Part shown: in pieces, positions 41,786 to 51,795 of the stretch
How the letters are laid out: each line of letters begins with the position of its first letter
Position numbering within the stretch: the stretch's first letter is position 1
DNA from: Candidatus Parcubacteria bacterium
GTDB taxonomy: Bacteria; Patescibacteriota; Patescibacteriia; CAIXNZ01
Length of the DNA: 54,994 bases
Assembly: GCA_026395685.1 (NCBI GenBank)
Contig: JAPLYG010000007.1
Span: 1 to 54,994 of the forward strand
Reading direction: 5' to 3'
Position numbers and translations under genes: made by a program
Notes under the pieces: model-generated
Databases searched by the model: none
What the model saw: only the letters and a program-made list of their open reading frames with translations
Told to the model about the DNA's origin: nothing

Positions 41786-42589
41786 CTAGATATCAACTTC
41801 TGTCCACACCCTTTCAACTTTGACGGTTTTTTGTGTTTTAGGGTTAATTTCCAGGTAGACACCGTTAATTTGGCAAGTTCCTGTTTCTGGAATTTCTCCC
41901 GGCTCATTAATTTGCGTTAAAAAGTTCTTAATTATAATTTTTTTATCCAGTCCGATTACTGAATCTTTCGCCCCGGTAAATCCCAGGTCAGTAATATAAG
42001 CAGTACCGTCGGGTAAGATTTGTTCATCGGCTGTTTGGACATGGGTATGGCTGCCGATTACGGCTGAAACCTTACCGTCAAGATAAAATCCCATGGCTCT
42101 TTTTTCACTTGTTGCTTCAGCATGAAAATCAACAATAATGGCTGAGGGCTTTTGTTTCTGGTATTTGGCTAAAATTCTTTCAACAGCATGGAAAGGGCAG
42201 TCAAAATCTTCTCTGAAAAAAACCCGGCCGACAATATTTACCAGCAGAATATTTTTGGTACCTAGGGTAATCATCTTTTCGCCGCTTCCCGGTGTGTTTT
42301 CCGGATAATTAGCCGGCCTGATAATCGGGCAGTCTTTTTTGCTCAAAAGAGTATATGCGTCTTTTTTGTCCCAGATGTGGTTGCCAGATGTAAAATAATC
42401 AATGCCCGCTTCAGTCATTTCTTTGACAGTAGTTTCAGTGATGCCCTTGCCATGTGATAAATTTTCACAATTGGCAAAAACTAAATCAGGCTCATATTGC
42501 TTTTTGAGCTTAGGCAATTCTTGGCAAATGGCTTTGCGGCCGATTCTGCCAAAAATGTCGCCGAGAAAAAGTATTTTAATGTTGGGCAT
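41786..42589 (-). CDS. ymdB: YmdB-like metallophosphoesterase
   Basis: GDIFGRIGR, TSGNHIWD, RPANYP, DFHAEATSEK, GSHTHVQTAD; downstream of rny. Confidence 0.9.
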   Translation of the reverse strand: MPNIKILFLGDIFGRIGRKAICQELPKLKKQYEPDLVFANCENLSHGKGITETTVKEMTEAGIDYFTSGNHIWDKKDAYTLLSKKDCPIIRPANYPENTPGSGEKMITLGTKNILLVNIVGRVFFREDFDCPFHAVERILAKYQKQKPSAIIVDFHAEATSEKRAMGFYLDGKVSAVIGSHTHVQTADEQILPDGTAYITDLGFTGAKDSVIGLDKKIIIKNFLTQINEPGEIPETGTCQINGVYLEINPKTQKTVKVERVWTEVDI

Positions 42590-42686
42590 ATATTATTCGT
42601 TATTGGTTATTCGGTATCGTTTGGCGTTACGTTTTTCGATATACGATTAACAAAACTAATATCGACACCGAATTACGAGAAACCAT

Positions 42687-44210
42687 TTAGCGGGCGTACT
42701 CCGTTACGCGCATTTCCCTGATGACATTAACTTTAATTTCACCGGGGTATTTGAGTTCCTCTTCAATTTTGTGAGCAATGTTTTGCGCCAGCTTAACTGC
42801 TTCCAAATCATCAATTTGATCGGGGAAAACAAAGACGCGGATTTCTCGGCCTGCTTGAATTGCATAAGTGCGCTGTACTCCGCTGAAGGAATTAGCCACA
42901 TTTTCTAATTCTTCCAAACGTTGCAGATAGCGTTCATAGGTATCTTTACGCGCGCCCGGACGAGCACCGGAAATAGCATCAGCCACTTTGACTATGATGC
43001 CTTCCAGTGTTTTTGGCATGTCTTCATGATGAGCGATGCACATATAGGAAATTTCTTCCGGCATATTGAATTTTTTCATGATATCATAGCCGATTTCCGG
43101 ATGGCCGCCTTTGACTTCATGATCCACAGCTTTGCCGATATCATGAAATAAGCCGCCCTTTTTACAGACAGTTACGTCTGCTTTTAATTCTTCAGCTAAA
43201 AGTCCTGCTAAGTGGGCGACTTCCAATGAATGCAATAATACATTATGTCCATAGCTTGTTCTGAATTTTAAACGGCCTAAAATTTGAGAAAGTTTAGGTT
43301 CAATGCCGGTAATGCCCATCTCATAAAGAGCATCTTCGCCGGCTTTTTTAATTTCAACGGCAATTTCTTTTTTGGCGGTTTCAATCGCTTCTTCAATTCT
43401 GGTAGGATGAATGCGTCCGTCAAGAATTAAAGCTTGTAAAGCGCGTTTAGCTACTTGGCGCCTGATCGGAGAAAATCCGGAGATGGTGATTGCCATCGGA
43501 GTATCATCAACTACAATTTCAACTCCGGTTAATTGTTCGATTGAGCGGATATTGCGTCCTTCGCGTCCGATAATCCTGCCTTTCATTTCATCACTGGGTA
43601 AATCAACCGTAGAAGTGGTGATTTCTTGGGCATGGGAAATTGAACAGCGCTGAATGGCTAAGGCTAAAACATCTCGGGCTTTGGCATCAAGCTCTTCCTG
43701 TCCCTCCACTTGAACTTTTTTAAAGCGGGCGATAATGTCTTCTTTGATTGTTTTTTCCGTGTTATCCAAAAGAACCTTGACTGCTTCCTCTTTTGTCATT
43801 TTGGCAATTTTTTCCAGTTTTTCAAACTGTTCTTCTTTGATCTTATTTATTTTTTCTTTTACATCTTCGATTTCCTTGGCACGGTCAAGCAGTCTCTGCT
43901 GCTTGTTTTCCAGATCCAGTAACTTTTGGTCAAAGATACTTTCTCTTTTTTCCAGTCTTTGCTGTAAATAAGTAAGATCCTTGCGTCTCAGCTGTTCGTC
44001 TTTTTTTGCATCATCGATAATTTTTATAGCCCTGTCTTTGGCCTGAAGTAGAAATTCTTTTTGTTTGTTTTTTGCTTCTGTGATTAAACTTTCTGCCTTG
44101 GCTTCAGCTCCCTGAACTTCTTTTTTGGCAAGATAGCGTCTTACAAAATATCCCAGGATAAATGCAAAAAGAGCCGCTAAAGCAGAAATTAAAAAATAGA
44201 TAATGTCCAT
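42687..44210 (-). CDS. rny: Ribonuclease Y
   Basis: TM helix, coiled coil, KH (KGRIIGREGRNIR), HD (HDIGK), ADAISGARPGAR. Confidence 0.96.
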   Translation of the reverse strand: MDIIYFLISALAALFAFILGYFVRRYLAKKEVQGAEAKAESLITEAKNKQKEFLLQAKDRAIKIIDDAKKDEQLRRKDLTYLQQRLEKRESIFDQKLLDLENKQQRLLDRAKEIEDVKEKINKIKEEQFEKLEKIAKMTKEEAVKVLLDNTEKTIKEDIIARFKKVQVEGQEELDAKARDVLALAIQRCSISHAQEITTSTVDLPSDEMKGRIIGREGRNIRSIEQLTGVEIVVDDTPMAITISGFSPIRRQVAKRALQALILDGRIHPTRIEEAIETAKKEIAVEIKKAGEDALYEMGITGIEPKLSQILGRLKFRTSYGHNVLLHSLEVAHLAGLLAEELKADVTVCKKGGLFHDIGKAVDHEVKGGHPEIGYDIMKKFNMPEEISYMCIAHHEDMPKTLEGIIVKVADAISGARPGARKDTYERYLQRLEELENVANSFSGVQRTYAIQAGREIRVFVFPDQIDDLEAVKLAQNIAHKIEEELKYPGEIKVNVIREMRVTEYAR

Positions 44211-44224
44211 ATTTTTCCTATTCA

Positions 44225-44386
44225 GAAATAGAGTTTGAGATCAATAAAAGAACTAGCGCGATAGCCCGACAGCTGCGCTCGGAAGTGAAAAAGCTTGTTG
44301 TGTTTTATATGAGTTCATGAATAAAAGTTGGCGTTAAGTAGTTTGTCGAGGCTAAAACTAGTTGAATTATCCTAAAAACCCTATTC
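44225..44386 (-). ncRNA. Candidate 6S RNA (rod-shaped RNA upstream of rny)
   Basis: End-to-end pairing GAATAGGGTTT/AAACTCTATTT, AACTAG/CTAGTT, TAGCCTCGACA/TGTCGGGCTA around a central bubble; TTGCCA-N17-TAAGCT promoter just upstream. Confidence 0.5.
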
Positions 44387-44637
44387 GGTTATTTATTAGG
44401 TATATTAAGCTTAACATGGAATGCGTTTTTTGGCAAGCTTAAGGCATAAATTGACTTTTTATCGATAATTACGTATATTTATATATGTAAAGGATGTAAG
44501 GTCCTTATTTTTAAATTAGTGTATAGGTTAAGGTTATGATGCTAGTAGGTGTATGGTGCATAGGTTAAGTGAATAAAAAAACTTAACCAAAACACTCGGC
44601 ACTTACCAGCATCATAACCTATTCACTTTTCACCATT

Positions 44638-46635
44638 ATGAATGTTACCGAATTAGCGCGAAAACTTAAAGTCAACACTACAGAGCTTTTAGATATATTG
44701 CCTGAGTTTGGTTTTGATATTGGCAAAAGAGCGATTAAAGTAGATGAAAAAGTTGCCCAGAAAATAATTGCCTTAGGCTCGCAGTTAACGGACAAAATTT
44801 TGGCTAGGCAAAAGGAGCTCCAATTTGGTCCGGAAAAAGTAAATATTGCGGCAATTGAAACAACTCAGCCCAAAGAAATAAAAATTCCGGGAGCTATAAC
44901 TGTCCGTGAATTTGCTCAAGTGGTTAATAAGCCGGTCAGTGAAATAATCAAAGAATTAATGAAAAATGGCGTGCTGGCTTCTTTAAATGAAAGAATTGAT
45001 TTTGAAACAGCAGCCATTATTGCTGATGAATTAGGTATAAAGATTGTTCAATCAGATGAAGATGGCGAGCAGCTTGCAGATTTGGGCCAAAAAGTTAAAG
45101 ATGTCTTAGCCCAGGAAAAGAAGAAAGACTTGCTGGAAAGGCCGCCTGTTGTTGTGGTTATGGGCCATGTTGATCATGGGAAAACAAGGTTATTGGATAC
45201 AATCAGGAAAACTAATGTGCTTGAAACTGAATCCGGAGGCATTACCCAGCACATCGGCGCTTATCAGGTGACAAAAAAGGGCAAGGTAATAACTTTTATT
45301 GATACGCCAGGCCATGAAGCTTTTACTGCAATGCGTGCCAGAGGCGCCAAAGTAGCTGATATTGCGATTTTAGTTGTGGCGGCCAATGATAGCGTTAAAC
45401 CCCAGACTTTAGAGGCGATAAAGATAATACAGCAGTCTCAAATTCCCATGATTGTCGCGATAAATAAAATTGATTTGCCTGAAGCAGACATTGAAAAAGT
45501 AAAAAAAGATTTAAGCTCATTGAATTTGATTCCGGAAGACTGGGGCGGGAAAACCATTTGCCAGCCGATTTCGGCCAAAGGAAATATCGGCATTGATGAC
45601 CTTTTGGACACGGTCTTACTGGTGACTGAAATGGAAAAGGATAAAATCGTAGCTAATCCTGACGGGGTGGCCATCGGCACGATAATCGAAGCCCATGTTG
45701 ATAAAGGTGAAGGCCCGGTAGCTACTGTTTTGGTGCAAAACGGAAGTTTGAAGCTCGGCGACAACTTATGTATAAATAATGTTTTTTTTGGTAAAGCCAG
45801 AGCGTTGAAGGATTTTCAGAATTTGGAAGTGAAAACAGCTGTGCCTGCAATGCCGGTTAAAATTATTGGCCTGAAATATGCTCCCAAGGTCGGTGATCTG
45901 GTTGAAGTTTCAGAAGAAGTTGATCGCAAACAGAAAAAAGTTAAAGAGCATGAATTAAAAAGAGAAAGCCAGCTGTCAGCAAAAACTTTGCATCAAAGCG
46001 AAGAAGCCGGCGATGAAAATATTAAAAAATTCAATCTGGTTATCAGGACAGATGTGCTCGGTTCTTTGGAGGCAATTACCGAATCTTTAGAAAAAATAAA
46101 TTCATCCGAAATTAAGGCTGATATAATTGCCAAAGGACTAGGCAATATCACTGATTCTGATATTGATTTGGCCTTGTCCAGTAATGCTATGGTTATCGGC
46201 TTTAAAGTTAAGCCGACAGCAACCGCGGCAAATTTAGCGAGAGATAAGAAGATTGAAATAAAATATTATGATATAATTTATAAGTTATTGGAAGAAGTAA
46301 AGGCCAGAATGTCTGCCCTGCTGGAGCCGGAAATAATCAAGAAAGTGTTTGGCAAGGGAGAAGTCCTGGCAATTTTTAAGGCCGAGACTAAACGTATGAT
46401 TATCGGCATTAAAGTAACCGAGGGAAAAGTTACTAAGGGGTTGCATGTGAATATTTACCGCAAAAAAGATTTAGTGGGAAACGGTGAAGTTGAAGAAGTT
46501 CAAATCGGCAAAGAAAGAGTATCCGAAGTGGTGATTGACCAAGATTGCGGCGTAAGTATAATTTGTAAAGTAGAAATTAATAAAGGAGACCATCTGGAGT
46601 TTTTTCAGGAAGAAAAAATTATAAAAAAATTATAA
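44638..46635 (+). CDS. infB: Translation initiation factor IF-2
   Basis: [38 protein letters not shown]. Confidence 0.97.
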   Translation: MNVTELARKLKVNTTELLDILPEFGFDIGKRAIKVDEKVAQKIIALGSQLTDKILARQKELQFGPEKVNIAAIETTQPKEIKIPGAITVREFAQVVNKPVSEIIKELMKNGVLASLNERIDFETAAIIADELGIKIVQSDEDGEQLADLGQKVKDVLAQEKKKDLLERPPVVVVMGHVDHGKTRLLDTIRKTNVLETESGGITQHIGAYQVTKKGKVITFIDTPGHEAFTAMRARGAKVADIAILVVAANDSVKPQTLEAIKIIQQSQIPMIVAINKIDLPEADIEKVKKDLSSLNLIPEDWGGKTICQPISAKGNIGIDDLLDTVLLVTEMEKDKIVANPDGVAIGTIIEAHVDKGEGPVATVLVQNGSLKLGDNLCINNVFFGKARALKDFQNLEVKTAVPAMPVKIIGLKYAPKVGDLVEVSEEVDRKQKKVKEHELKRESQLSAKTLHQSEEAGDENIKKFNLVIRTDVLGSLEAITESLEKINSSEIKADIIAKGLGNITDSDIDLALSSNAMVIGFKVKPTATAANLARDKKIEIKYYDIIYKLLEEVKARMSALLEPEIIKKVFGKGEVLAIFKAETKRMIIGIKVTEGKVTKGLHVNIYRKKDLVGNGEVEEVQIGKERVSEVVIDQDCGVSIICKVEINKGDHLEFFQEEKIIKKL

Positions 46636-46687
46636 AAGAAAAAGGCGACCTAAAGTGGCCGCCTTGTCAGCTGTTTTTTTGAGCTTC

Positions 46688-46939
46688 TTAGAGCTTCTGC
46701 CCCTTGATTGCCGCTACTGCCCAGCGCCCGATCCCGTAGATTAGCGCCAACGGCGATAACGCGACGATAATCACGACACCTATCAACAGGGGAACATATA
46801 CACAGGTCTTGAGCAGGTCGGAGAAGACTCCGAGATCGAAGAAGAGGCAGTGCAATAAAGCGAACGTGCAGTAAAGAATAAACAAACCGAAGACGATCAT
46901 GATGATTGTGGCCAATGTTTTTCTATCCTTAGTATTCAT
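46688..46939 (-). CDS. Small two-TM membrane protein
   Basis: AAGGAG RBS, two hydrophobic helices, TTGACA…TGnTATAAT promoter near 47008-47036. Confidence 0.65.
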   Translation of the reverse strand: MNTKDRKTLATIIMIVFGLFILYCTFALLHCLFFDLGVFSDLLKTCVYVPLLIGVVIIVALSPLALIYGIGRWAVAAIKGQKL

Positions 46940-47060
46940 CTTTTTTCTCCTTTTTGGGGGGTATGTGTAAGGGTGAAAAAGGACTATCTTAATTTAGCCA
47001 TTATTTCATTATAGCATATTTAACTAATTTTGTCAATATTTAACAATTTAATTTGAATAT

Positions 47061-47387
47061 ATGGAAATTAAGCTAACTACAGCAAATTATAATGAGGAAG
47101 TATTAACAAGCTCAGGTTTGATATTAGTTGATTTTTGGGCTGAATGGTGTGGTCCTTGTAAAATGATGGGGCCTGTTTTAGAAGAATTAGCCAAAGAATT
47201 TGAAGCAGCAGGCAGTTTAATAAAAATCGGTAAATGTAATGTTGATGAAAATCCGGATTTAGCTCAGAAGTACGAGGTCATGTCGATACCGGCTTTTAAA
47301 GTTTTCAAAAACGGCAATATTGTGGATGAATGGGTGGGCGCCCAGCCAAAGGAGGCGATAAAACAAAGATTGGAGAAACTAATATAA
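47061..47387 (+). CDS. trxA: Thioredoxin
   Basis: DFWAEWCGPCK. Confidence 0.95.
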   Translation: MEIKLTTANYNEEVLTSSGLILVDFWAEWCGPCKMMGPVLEELAKEFEAAGSLIKIGKCNVDENPDLAQKYEVMSIPAFKVFKNGNIVDEWVGAQPKEAIKQRLEKLI

Positions 47388-47482
47388 TTTAAAGTCTAAG
47401 GGCTAAAGACTAAAGGCTAAATTTAGGAAATAGTTATTCAATATTTTAGACTTTAGACTTTCTACTTTAGACTTATACTTTT

Positions 47483-48442
47483 ATGCCAGACAACATTTAC
47501 GATCTCATAATCATTGGCGGCGGGCCGGCCGGCTTGACTGCGGGCATTTATGCTTCTCGCCGCAATTTGAAAAATTTAATAATTACCAAAGATATCGGCG
47601 GACAGGCCAGTACTACTAATCACGTTGAAAATTATCCTGGCTATGACAAAGTCGGTGGTTTTGAATTAATGCAGAAATTCCAAAAGCAGGCTGAAAATTT
47701 TGGCAGTCAGTTTAAATATGAAGAAGTTGAACATATCAGCAAGGAAAATGACCAGTATAAAATAAAAACATTTTCCGGCAATGAATATCAGGCATTGGCT
47801 TTGATTTTAACTTTTGGCAAGACCCCCAGTAATTTAAATGTTCCCGGTGAAAAAGAATTCACTGGCAAGGGCGTGGCTTATTGCGCGACCTGCGACGGGC
47901 CTTTATATAAAAATAAAACAGTAGCGGTTGTCGGCGGCGGCAATGCAGCTTTGGAGTCAGCGGATTATTTGTCCCAGATTTGTAAAAAAGTTTATTTGAT
48001 TCACCGTCGCAATGAATTTCGCGGGGAAGAAATTATGATTCAAAGAGTAAAGGCTATAAAAAATGTTGAAATTCTTTTGGAAAAAACAGTAGTTAAAATA
48101 TTAGGAGATAAATTTGTCAAAGCTGTGGAAATTGAAGATGTAAATTCTAAAGCTAAACAGGAAATTGTCCTGGACGGAGTATTTATTGAAATTGGACATT
48201 CAGTCAATGCCGCTCCGATTAAAGAAATTGTTAAAGTAAATGAAAATAATGAAATTATTGTTGATATGGAAGGCCAGACCAGTGATGCCGGAATTTTTGC
48301 AGCCGGCGATGTTACCAATAGTAAATATAAGCAGATTGTAATCTCCGCAGGTGAGGGCGCAAAGGCAGCTTTGTCAGCATATAAATATGTTTCTCAAATA
48401 AAAGGATTAAAAGGGCCTGTTTTTGACTGGGGTAAAAAGTGA
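47483..48442 (+). CDS. trxB: Thioredoxin reductase
   Basis: GGGPAGL, CATCDG, VGGGNAA, FAAGD. Confidence 0.93.
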   Translation: MPDNIYDLIIIGGGPAGLTAGIYASRRNLKNLIITKDIGGQASTTNHVENYPGYDKVGGFELMQKFQKQAENFGSQFKYEEVEHISKENDQYKIKTFSGNEYQALALILTFGKTPSNLNVPGEKEFTGKGVAYCATCDGPLYKNKTVAVVGGGNAALESADYLSQICKKVYLIHRRNEFRGEEIMIQRVKAIKNVEILLEKTVVKILGDKFVKAVEIEDVNSKAKQEIVLDGVFIEIGHSVNAAPIKEIVKVNENNEIIVDMEGQTSDAGIFAAGDVTNSKYKQIVISAGEGAKAALSAYKYVSQIKGLKGPVFDWGKK

Positions 48443-48465
48443 AGCTGAACGGTAAAAACGCTCTT

Positions 48466-48577
48466 TGTCATTCTGAATAAAATGAAAAAATCTGTGAAGT
48501 CACAGATCCTTCAGTTCGACTACGCTCACTGTAAACTCAAGCCAAAGTACTGAGCTTGCCGAAGTATCAGGATGACA
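48466..48577. repeat. REP-like TGTCAT…ATGACA element with a second palindromic element nested inside
   Basis: TGTCATTCTGA…AATCT/AGATCCTTC…TCAGGATGACA interrupted by TTCGACTACGCTCA…TGAGCTTGCCGAA. Confidence 0.6.
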
Positions 48578-48647
48578 GTGACCCGACAAAGGGCGTTTTC
48601 GCCTTTTTTATTTTTTTTATAAAATTTGCTAAGATATAAGCTGATAT

Positions 48648-49052
48648 ATGAAAGATGAAGAATTACAAGAATTTATTGATAAAAATTTTATTTATGCGAT
48701 TGTCGGCGCCACTATAAACCAAGAGAAATACGGATACAAGGTTTTGGTTGATTTGAAGAGAAAAGGCTATAATGTCGTGCCGATCAATCCTAAATATGGT
48801 GAAGTTGCAGGTTTAACCTGCTATCCTGATTTGATTGTTATGGATGAGCGGCCAGATGTCGTTGTTTTGATTGTCGGCGAGGAAAATGCCAAAAAGGCAG
48901 TGCAGGCGTGTATTGATTTAAATTTAAATAAAATTTGGTTTCAGCCCGGTTCTGAATATGGCGAGGCCGTAAAACTTGCCAGCTCAGCCGGTTTTGATAT
49001 AGTCATAGGTAAGTGTATTATGCAGGAAACTGCTCAAGTTCAGAGCAACTAA
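48648..49052 (+). CDS. CoA-binding protein (YccU-like)
   Basis: AIVGAT…KYG, VVPINP, CYPDL, IWFQPG, CIM. Confidence 0.88.
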   Translation: MKDEELQEFIDKNFIYAIVGATINQEKYGYKVLVDLKRKGYNVVPINPKYGEVAGLTCYPDLIVMDERPDVVVLIVGEENAKKAVQACIDLNLNKIWFQPGSEYGEAVKLASSAGFDIVIGKCIMQETAQVQSN

Positions 49053-49068
49053 CCAAAGGAGGCAAAAC

Positions 49069-49602
49069 GTGTTATTGAAAGGGATTCCTTTTTTAAGGCA
49101 AGAGCAAATCGTCTTTCCTGAAGGCACTTTGAGTCTGGAACAAAGCAGGCTCCTGGATCTGCAAAAATTGTTGGAGCAGGAAGGATTTATTGATCCTGAA
49201 TTGCCGCTTTTGGCCAATCATCGCTGCTTTAATCATCTCAAAGGTAAAATACTGGCGCTGTTTGCCCCTGGAACAAAACTTCAGCCTGAGTCGGAAATTC
49301 TGGCGCTTGATTATCTTTTGGGTGACAACTTGTTCTTATCCAGATTCCTCTCCTTTTATCATCGTACTTTTGAATCCGTCCCCAGAATTTTGCTGGAGGG
49401 TGATAAATTTGTAGCCATTTTAGGCTTGAATTTACAGCTGACCTGTGAAAAAGGTCAAAGTTCGGTGGAAAGCCTAAGTTTTGTCAGCAGTAAGCATATC
49501 ACGGTCTGTTCTTGCGACATTTGTGAAACCGTGCGCATGTTGCTTGGCTACCAAAAACAAGGGCATGATTTGGATAAAGGGAAAAACGTATTTGTTCATT
49601 AA
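49069..49602 (+). CDS. Hypothetical protein
   Basis: AAGGAGG RBS before GTG; hairpin terminator 49611-49635. Confidence 0.6.
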   Translation: MLLKGIPFLRQEQIVFPEGTLSLEQSRLLDLQKLLEQEGFIDPELPLLANHRCFNHLKGKILALFAPGTKLQPESEILALDYLLGDNLFLSRFLSFYHRTFESVPRILLEGDKFVAILGLNLQLTCEKGQSSVESLSFVSSKHITVCSCDICETVRMLLGYQKQGHDLDKGKNVFVH

Positions 49603-49748
49603 CTTCCAGCCCCGCTATCACTAGCGGGTTTTTTTATCCTTGCGCTAAACTCTGTCCTTAAAAGCCGACTAGTCGGGCGGATTTTCATCATTTGACTTGA
49701 ATTTATAATTAAGATAAAATTAAGGTGTTATTAAAATCACCTAAATTT

Positions 49749-49994
49749 ATGCTTACTCAAGAAGACATCCAAAAATTAATGGAAGCTTTTGCAACTAAGG
49801 ATGAAATTAAAGAGTTGATTACCCCCTTAACCACTAAGGAGGATTTTTCTGATTTACAGACGGCTGTTGATTCTTATGCCAAAAAAGCCGATACATACTT
49901 TCAGGAAATGGTTATGATGAATCAAAAGCTAAATCGCCACGAAAAGTGGTTTCATATGATCGCTGATAAGCTTGATATTAAGCTGGAATATTAA
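49749..49994 (+). CDS. Hypothetical coiled-coil protein
   Basis: MLTQEDIQKL..FATKDE…TKEDF…RHEKW pattern; ATG 49749 preferred. Confidence 0.7.
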   Translation: MLTQEDIQKLMEAFATKDEIKELITPLTTKEDFSDLQTAVDSYAKKADTYFQEMVMMNQKLNRHEKWFHMIADKLDIKLEY

Positions 49995-50266
49995 GTTATT
50001 TTTTATAATTATTGGGCAGGGATTCTTTGCGGAGTTTCTGTTTTTTGTTTTATAGGCAGAATTCTTTAAGGCTTAGCCTTAAAGTAAAATTTCGCTGATT
50101 TCAGCGTAAAATAATTAAAATTTAAGTGCCAGCTATTGACTATTATTGCAAAATATGTTAATTTTTAGGCGGTTTCGAACCTTAGGAATTCCCCTTTGAG
50201 GGTAAATAATCCGGTCATGCGACCGGACATAAAGCCGGCGGGCTAAAAACGCAAAGGAGGTTTGTC

Positions 50267-50983
50267 ATGACGACACAAGTTGTCACCGACGAACAGTACG
50301 GCAAGGTAGCCAAGCGTATGCACGAATTGCAGGAGCGTCTGGCTAAGGGAGCAGTTGAATTCCAGCCAGTGATGGATGGTTTGCAGCAGCTGATTGAAGG
50401 AAAAAGCGTGGTCGAGGCGCCAAACCCGGAAAAGAAGCTGGCGGACATGATCGCTGACTGGCAGATTTTTTACCGCGAGGTTTTCGGCCAGGAAGTGGAT
50501 TTTTCCGGGCTGAAAATTCCCGAGAGGAGAAAAGGCTTTGACCGCCTGATCATCCTGGCCCAGGGCATGACACCCCAGCGCCTCTACGACAAGTGCAAGC
50601 AACTTTTCCCGACCTGGAAATGGACAGAGAAAGACCTTGACGAAATCGTGACTTCGGACAGAACGGCAAAAGACGGAGCGTATGCCATCTGGGTTAGAGA
50701 TCGTGTTGAGGCTGATAAGGAGCTAAAAAACCTGTCGGCAAATGCTCTTAAAGAGAAAAAGATCAACGGCATTACCCTGGAAGAAAGGTTCGTTTATGAG
50801 CTCACGTACTTCAGGGAGTGTGGCCGGCATCTGGATGGGCAAAATGTGACACTGTGTTCGGGTTCGCGCTATTCGGATGGGGATGTGCCTAGCGTCGGCT
50901 TCTACACTGACAAGGTCTACGTCGATTACTACAACCCAGACGATGCTAATGCGGGCCTGCGGTCCCGCGCAGTTTCTTGCTAA
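50267..50983 (+). CDS. DGR target protein with C-terminal variable region (probable CLec fold)
   Basis: 3' end contains the VR; ends GLRSRAVSC; AAGGAGG RBS. Confidence 0.92.
   Translation: MTTQVVTDEQYGKVAKRMHELQERLAKGAVEFQPVMDGLQQLIEGKSVVEAPNPEKKLADMIADWQIFYREVFGQEVDFSGLKIPERRKGFDRLIILAQGMTPQRLYDKCKQLFPTWKWTEKDLDEIVTSDRTAKDGAYAIWVRDRVEADKELKNLSANALKEKKINGITLEERFVYELTYFRECGRHLDGQNVTLCSGSRYSDGDVPSVGFYTDKVYVDYYNPDDANAGLRSRAVSC
50857..50972 (+). repeat. DGR variable repeat (VR)
   Basis: 116-nt ungapped match to 51286-51401 with 17 substitutions. Confidence 0.96.
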
Positions 50984-51010
50984 CCCTTGAAGCTTGTACC
51001 TTGTACCCTT

Positions 51011-51041
51011 ATCCCGCACTTTTCGAAAGAAAGTGCGGGAT
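51011..51041 (+). other. Hairpin downstream of VR/IMH (DGR homing hairpin and/or terminator)
   Basis: ATCCCGCACTTTTC-GAAA-GAAAGTGCGGGAT, 28 nt after the target stop codon. Confidence 0.7.
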
Positions 51042-51285
51042 TTTCTTTTTGTGATATAATTAATATGGCTAATACAATCGGCTTCGTCCTGTCGCTCGCG
51101 AGCGACAGGACGGGTAGCGATTTGCCTTTTTAAAGAAACTGCTTATCTGATCCTGTGGAGCGGTTCACCTGTCTTGACCAAGGCCAGGCCATGGCGGATT
51201 GGCTCAAAACTTAGCTTCGCAACGCGGAGAAACACAGGCAATTTAGAAATAAAAAGCCGGTGACATAGAAGGGAGCAGATAAAAT

Positions 51286-51401
51286 TTCGGGTTCGCGCTA
51301 TTCAAATGGAAATGTGCCTAACGTCAACTTCAACAATGACAAGGTCAACGTCAATAACTACAACCCAGACAATGCTAATGAAAACCTGCGGTCCCGCGCA
51401 G
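51286..51401 (+). repeat. DGR template repeat (TR)
   Basis: 13 AAY codons in the target frame; every VR difference is at a TR adenine. Confidence 0.96.
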
Positions 51402-51426
51402 AAGTTTCTCGGGCAAGAAGTCTTTT

Positions 51427-51795
51427 TTAAGGCTTCTTGTTTGTTAAATATTTCTGCCAGCCAGTCGCCATTTTAGAAACTTCCTGCAGTTGGTTCTGCA
51501 GATCCAGATAAGTTTTATCTGGAATTATCGTCAGTTCATTTTGCACACGGATTAATTGTTTTAAAGTTTCTATCTTGGTTCTTAGCTTAGATACAAATAC
51601 AATTTTATTTTCGCTGCTTGATAGCGCGGCTTCAATGGCTAAATTTAAACAATCAAGACAGGAATCTTCAATCCTTTTGCCAATGCCAAACCGGTCTTGT
51701 TTGGGCAGCTTTTTGTTAATTTTATAAATATTTTTGTATAAATCAGCAATATTATGGATAATAGCAGGCGGGGAGAAAGTTTTAGCAGGGATCAT
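51427..51795 (-). CDS. avd: DGR accessory variability determinant (Avd, four-helix bundle)
   Basis: LPKQDRFGIGKRIE…KIETLKQLIR…EVSKMATGW; lies between TR and RT. Confidence 0.88.
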   Translation of the reverse strand: MIPAKTFSPPAIIHNIADLYKNIYKINKKLPKQDRFGIGKRIEDSCLDCLNLAIEAALSSSENKIVFVSKLRTKIETLKQLIRVQNELTIIPDKTYLDLQNQLQEVSKMATGWQKYLTNKKP

